A DNA stretch of 64,000 nt from an uncultured virus (IMG/VR IMGVR_UViG_3300028832_000009) (lineage: Duplodnaviria > Heunggongvirae > Uroviricota > Caudoviricetes), in IMG/VR virus record IMGVR_UViG_3300028832_000009. One strand, written 5' to 3'. A program made the translations under genes and the position numbers. Below, one piece after another: positions 60,565 to 64,000 of this stretch (the first letter of the stretch is position 1; the number at the start of each line of letters is the position of its first letter). The notes below the pieces were generated by a model, which made no database searches, was not told the origin of the DNA, and saw only the letters and a program-made list of their open reading frames with translations.

Positions 60565-61251
60565 ATGGCAAGCATAGAAGAAGAAAGGCGGCAGTCCCTG
60601 AAAGCCGCGGAGGACATAGCGAAGGGGCCCCTCTACGATCCGGAGGGGCTTCTGGGCCTGGGCGGGAATTTCAAGGGAGAGGGCGAGCCCTCCGCCGCGG
60701 ACAAGCGCAGGCTGGCGCTGAAGGACATGGCCCGCCGCATAATGAAGGTGGAGAACAAGAAGGGCCTCGGGGGTAGGGGATGGGACCCGCTCCTGCAGAG
60801 ATGGTATCCCCACGAATCCCATGAAGGGGGAGCGAAGACCATAGCCTACGGCATCAAGCTGTCCAACGGCGGTCCCTGGGCGGACACGGCGCTCCGGCAG
60901 GGATACCTCACGGACGAGCAGGCGGTGCAGGCGGTGGAGGACGAGGCTCCGAGGTACTACGACAATGCCCGGAGGACCTTCGACAAGCGTTACGGCGATG
61001 GAGCCTGGGACGGCCTGGGGTTCAGGCAGCAGTCCATCCTCGCGGACTACGAGTACGGGGTGAGGGGCGGTCTCGCATCCTTCCCCAAGCTGATGCAGGC
61101 GGCATACGAGGGCGACATAGACGCCATGCTCAGGGAGAGTCCCCGCTATGACGCGAAGAAACGCCCCCTGGGGAGGAACAAGGTGCTGGCCGAGGACATA
61201 GAGTCACTGCGTCCTTCCGTCCCTTCCACGGCCCCGGAGAAGGGCGAATAG
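60565..61251 (+). CDS. phage lysozyme-like protein (T4 lysozyme/GH24-like)
   Basis: IMKVEN...HEGGAKTIAYGIKL...LTDEQA...ILADYEY...FPKLMQA. Confidence 0.75.
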   Translation: MASIEEERRQSLKAAEDIAKGPLYDPEGLLGLGGNFKGEGEPSAADKRRLALKDMARRIMKVENKKGLGGRGWDPLLQRWYPHESHEGGAKTIAYGIKLSNGGPWADTALRQGYLTDEQAVQAVEDEAPRYYDNARRTFDKRYGDGAWDGLGFRQQSILADYEYGVRGGLASFPKLMQAAYEGDIDAMLRESPRYDAKKRPLGRNKVLAEDIESLRPSVPSTAPEKGE

Positions 61252-61572
61252 GCACAATCCCAAGGACAAGACGCACAGCAGCGCCGGATACCAGTCCGGA
61301 TGCAGCCATTTCGCGCCCCTGCAGCCCCTTATGAGGGAGTAGGCGGGGATTCCCTCCGCATAGTACCCACGGGGCAGCCACAGGTCTCCGCAATCGGCAT
61401 TAGAGGGGAAAACAGACGCAAGGGCAAACCTTATCGTTGGAAACGCCTCACAGGCGCAGAGAAACAGCAGGACGACGGATGCGCACAACCATAAGATGCG
61501 CTTATGCCTGACACGGCGGATGACGAGAAGGAGGGCCGTCAGCCCCAGTAGAAGCGGAACCAATCTGAACAT
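61204..61572 (-). CDS. hypothetical membrane protein
   Basis: Three hydrophobic segments; CATCTTTG-like promoter just upstream. Confidence 0.5.
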   Translation of the reverse strand: MFRLVPLLLGLTALLLVIRRVRHKRILWLCASVVLLFLCACEAFPTIRFALASVFPSNADCGDLWLPRGYYAEGIPAYSLIRGCRGAKWLHPDWYPALLCVLSLGLCLFALLRGRGRDGRTQ

Positions 61573-61965
61573 ACCGCAAAGATGCGAATTTCCGGGGAAA
61601 ATTTGACGAAAATCGGGAAATATATTATTATCTATTCTCTGAAAGAATAAACCCCTCTATGGTGAAGTCTCCGAGTATAGAGAGCACAATAACCCCTAAC
61701 CCGCCGAAACGGCGGATCAGGGAGTGCGCTCTCTCATCCAAGGTCCCTCTACGGAGCCAGTACCTCGCACGTCGAGCCTCGTTCGCCACTACGAATGGAA
61801 CGAGTTATCCCGCCTTCAACCCTCGTATGGGCTAACAGCACCCGGCAGGAATTATACCCCAGGCTGGAGCTGCGCTGTCATTCTTCTGCTCCTTTCTACG
61901 GAAGGCCGAACGTAAGTTTCCCCGATAGGTCCTTCCTGATCCCCGACCGCTCTCTCATGCACAAT

Positions 61966-62086
61966 AAAAAAAACGCCTGCAGTAGAGGTGGTGTTGTCTC
62001 GGGATGGGGCGATGCAGACGTTTCTATAGTGTCCCCTCACAGGGATAACTATCGTATGTTCACACCCCTTTCCCACCCAACACCAC
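61966..62086 (-). ncRNA. candidate structured leader RNA or attenuator
   Basis: TACCTTTG (complement 62089-62096); stem GTGGTGTTG/CAACACCAC; AAACGTCTGCA pairs with TGCAGGCGTTT followed by a T run. Confidence 0.6.
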
Positions 62087-62263
62087 TACAAAGGTATAAA
62101 CATTTCCACGAAAATTTCACCACCCGTGAACAACTTGTGTCCCACAATGTCCCACTTACCCCACATAAACTCCTGATATACACACCCATACGCCACACAA
62201 AAAAATTTTGCACTCCAAACCGCCACCACGGCTCAACTTTCACATTTCTTTACTACCTTTGTA

Positions 62264-62412
62264 TCGGCACCGGTTCTCTTTGGAATGCTTATCTACTTGG
62301 TTTTTAGTGCTCAGGGTTCTTTCTGTCTTGACAACACCGGTGCTGAGGTCTTTCATAACAAGAATCTACCCCTCCCCTCGGCTGCGACAGTCCAGGAGAG
62401 GGTTTCTTCTTT
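62264..62412 (+). ncRNA. candidate small RNA
   Basis: TACCTTTG at 62254-62261; stem TCGGCACCGGT/ACCGGTGCTGA; terminator-like hairpin ending GGGTTTCTTCTTT. Confidence 0.45.
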
Positions 62413-63075
62413 AATGACCATCCTTATGGGACCCATACACTCTCCACACGCTACATACACCACATACACCCACTATTCACACCACACCACAGATCCATAC
62501 CCAACCGCCACGCAAGAATCATTAAGCATTCTTTCCGGGGCCCCAGGAAACTATTTCGGGTTTTATCCATATTGAGCGATTGATACTATAAATGGGGGCA
62601 ATATGGAGTTCCTTTTCAATCTTGCCCATACCCACGAAAACACACCCCAGAGCGCACACTTTTCTGCCGATGCTTGCTCAAATGCTTGCAAGGTTTCCCA
62701 CAAATCCCCCTTGCAGATGCCTGCTATGCCCTTTTGCCCCTGCCTATTAGGAAAGTTCCGCACCTTTCGCCCTGCGGATTTTGCCACCTCGGTACACGAT
62801 ATGCGCAAAATGGGGTGCGAGAGACCTTTTTGGGGGAGTCTTTCCACCCCCTTGAATATCAACGACTTACGCCCTAAAATGGCAGATGCCTGCGGAATGC
62901 TGCTTGAATTATTAAGGATGCTCGGGATAGTGTCAAGTTTTGACAAAAACAAATGGAGTAAAAACGCATTTTGTAACATACTGAATATCAGCACATTACA
63001 AGCCCTCTAAAACAAAATGAGAGAAAAAGTCAAAAAAATTTGATTAAAAGTGTTACAACAAATCAAAATTATTTA

Positions 63076-63083
63076 TACCTTTG
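63076..63083 (+). promoter_or_regulatory. Bacteroidetes -7 promoter element for the early operon
   Basis: TACCTTTG after an AT-rich tract, followed by hairpin AAAGCC/GGCTTT and boxA-like GTTCCTTGACATA. Confidence 0.7.
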
Positions 63084-63366
63084 CAGTAGCAAAGCCAATG
63101 GAAACGGCTTTCGGGCAGTTCCTTGACATACACTAACTCGCTGAAATGCAACGGATTAAGCTATGCCTTTGGGGTGGTATCCAAGGGGCAGAAACTGCAA
63201 GGCTTGTACTTGTGTGTCCATAGTGAAAAGGTGCGAAGATGCGAGATAGACAAGGCGATAATGATTGCGACAACTAAAAAGACGGATTTGCTCAATGCTT
63301 TACTCTTATGGTGCAGGGGGTTTGAATGTACGCCCTGCACTCCCAATTATTAACCCATTAAACACA

Positions 63367-63950
63367 TCTAAGCTCAAGTACGAAATGCAATTCTAGACAT
63401 TCGCCTTGTTAAACATACAAATATAAAAAACTTTCGGGGGCCTTCCTTGTTTAAACATACATCATTCCATCCAGGCCGGTCAGTTTTCGGAACATCTCAT
63501 CAGGACTCCTGAAACCGAAACGACGCCGCGGTCTACTGTTGAGCATGTTCTCAACATATTCCAAATAGTCATCGGTAATGTGCTCGAAATCAGACCCCTT
63601 CGGAAGATACTGGCGTGCGAGTCCATTTGTGTTTTCATTCGAACCACGCTCCCAGGAATGATACGGATGAGCAAAGTAAAACCCAACACCAAGCTCCCGT
63701 GACACGACATCGTGGCGGGCAAACTGCAGTCCGTTGTCTGATGTGATGGTTTTCACAAGGCCCACCGCAGCAAGATCATTCAGGATGTCGATAATCTCAC
63801 CTGCAGCTTCCGCTGCCGTCGGCTTCTTCAATTTGCGCAACCAGTACTTGCCGGTGGCTCTGTCGTTCAATGTAAGAATGTGTTGGGAAGACCTGGCTCC
63901 CACAATAGTATCTACCTCGAAATCCCCAAAACGCTTCCTGTGGTCGACTA
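63367..63950 (-). mobile_element. IS30-family element, part 2 (continues at 1..623)
   Basis: IR TCTAAGCTCAAGTACGAAATGCAATT preceded by the ACA duplication. Confidence 0.9.
63451..63950 (-). CDS. IS30 transposase, C-terminal DDE part
   Basis: EVDTIVG, TITSDNGLQF, YFAHPYHSWERGSNENTNGLARQYLPKG, LNSRPRRRFGFRSP. Confidence 0.95.
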
Positions 63951-64000
63951 CCTTCGGCCTCTGGTCAATATCAACCCTGTTTTGAATTGCACCGCGGCGT

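Noticed and set aside
63951..64000. 50-bp terminal repeat as a biological direct terminal repeat
   Set aside because: It falls in the middle of the IS30 transposase, so it is best explained as an assembly or window overlap of a circular sequence
1..64000. Stop-codon reassignment
   Set aside because: Genes are long and densely packed under the standard code and end in TAA, TGA and TAG; I saw no suppressor tRNA

Overview
The window is essentially the complete circular genome (63,950 bp; bases 1-50 are repeated at 63951-64000) of a temperate, probably podovirus-like phage of a Bacteroidales host. The host call rests on TAnnTTTG promoters, A-rich starts without Shine-Dalgarno sequences, and an IS4351-like IS30 element. 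Layout: (1) IS30 element across the contig ends with an ACA target duplication; (2) a GGCC-depleted early region (0.6-7.6 kb) with PcfK/AcrIIA9-like and PcfJ-like genes, a short SSB and a family of conserved hairpins; (3) tyrosine integrase with attP in the 3' half of tRNA-Val(TAC) and two tandem XRE repressors; (4) a recombination/replication operon with two tRNA-like RNAs, RecT, a PD-(D/E)XK nuclease-FtsK fusion, a radical SAM protein, SSB and a primase-helicase; (5) low-GC accessory genes and a seven-gene Cys-rich operon of unknown function; (6) lysis cassette, tail fibre, capsid, scaffold, TerL and portal; (7) a 5162-aa polyvalent protein, putative ejection and tail genes, a RuvC-like resolvase and a lysozyme; (8) a 1.8-kb non-coding region rich in RNA structure. 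The most unusual signals are two small protein-like ORFs overprinted in the +1 frame inside linkers of the giant gene, two tRNA mimics with expanded anticodon arms, the RecT plus nuclease-FtsK pair, and two promoter-proximal RNAs that share a hairpin/pseudoknot-terminator architecture. All functional calls come from motif recognition by eye; no database searches were run.
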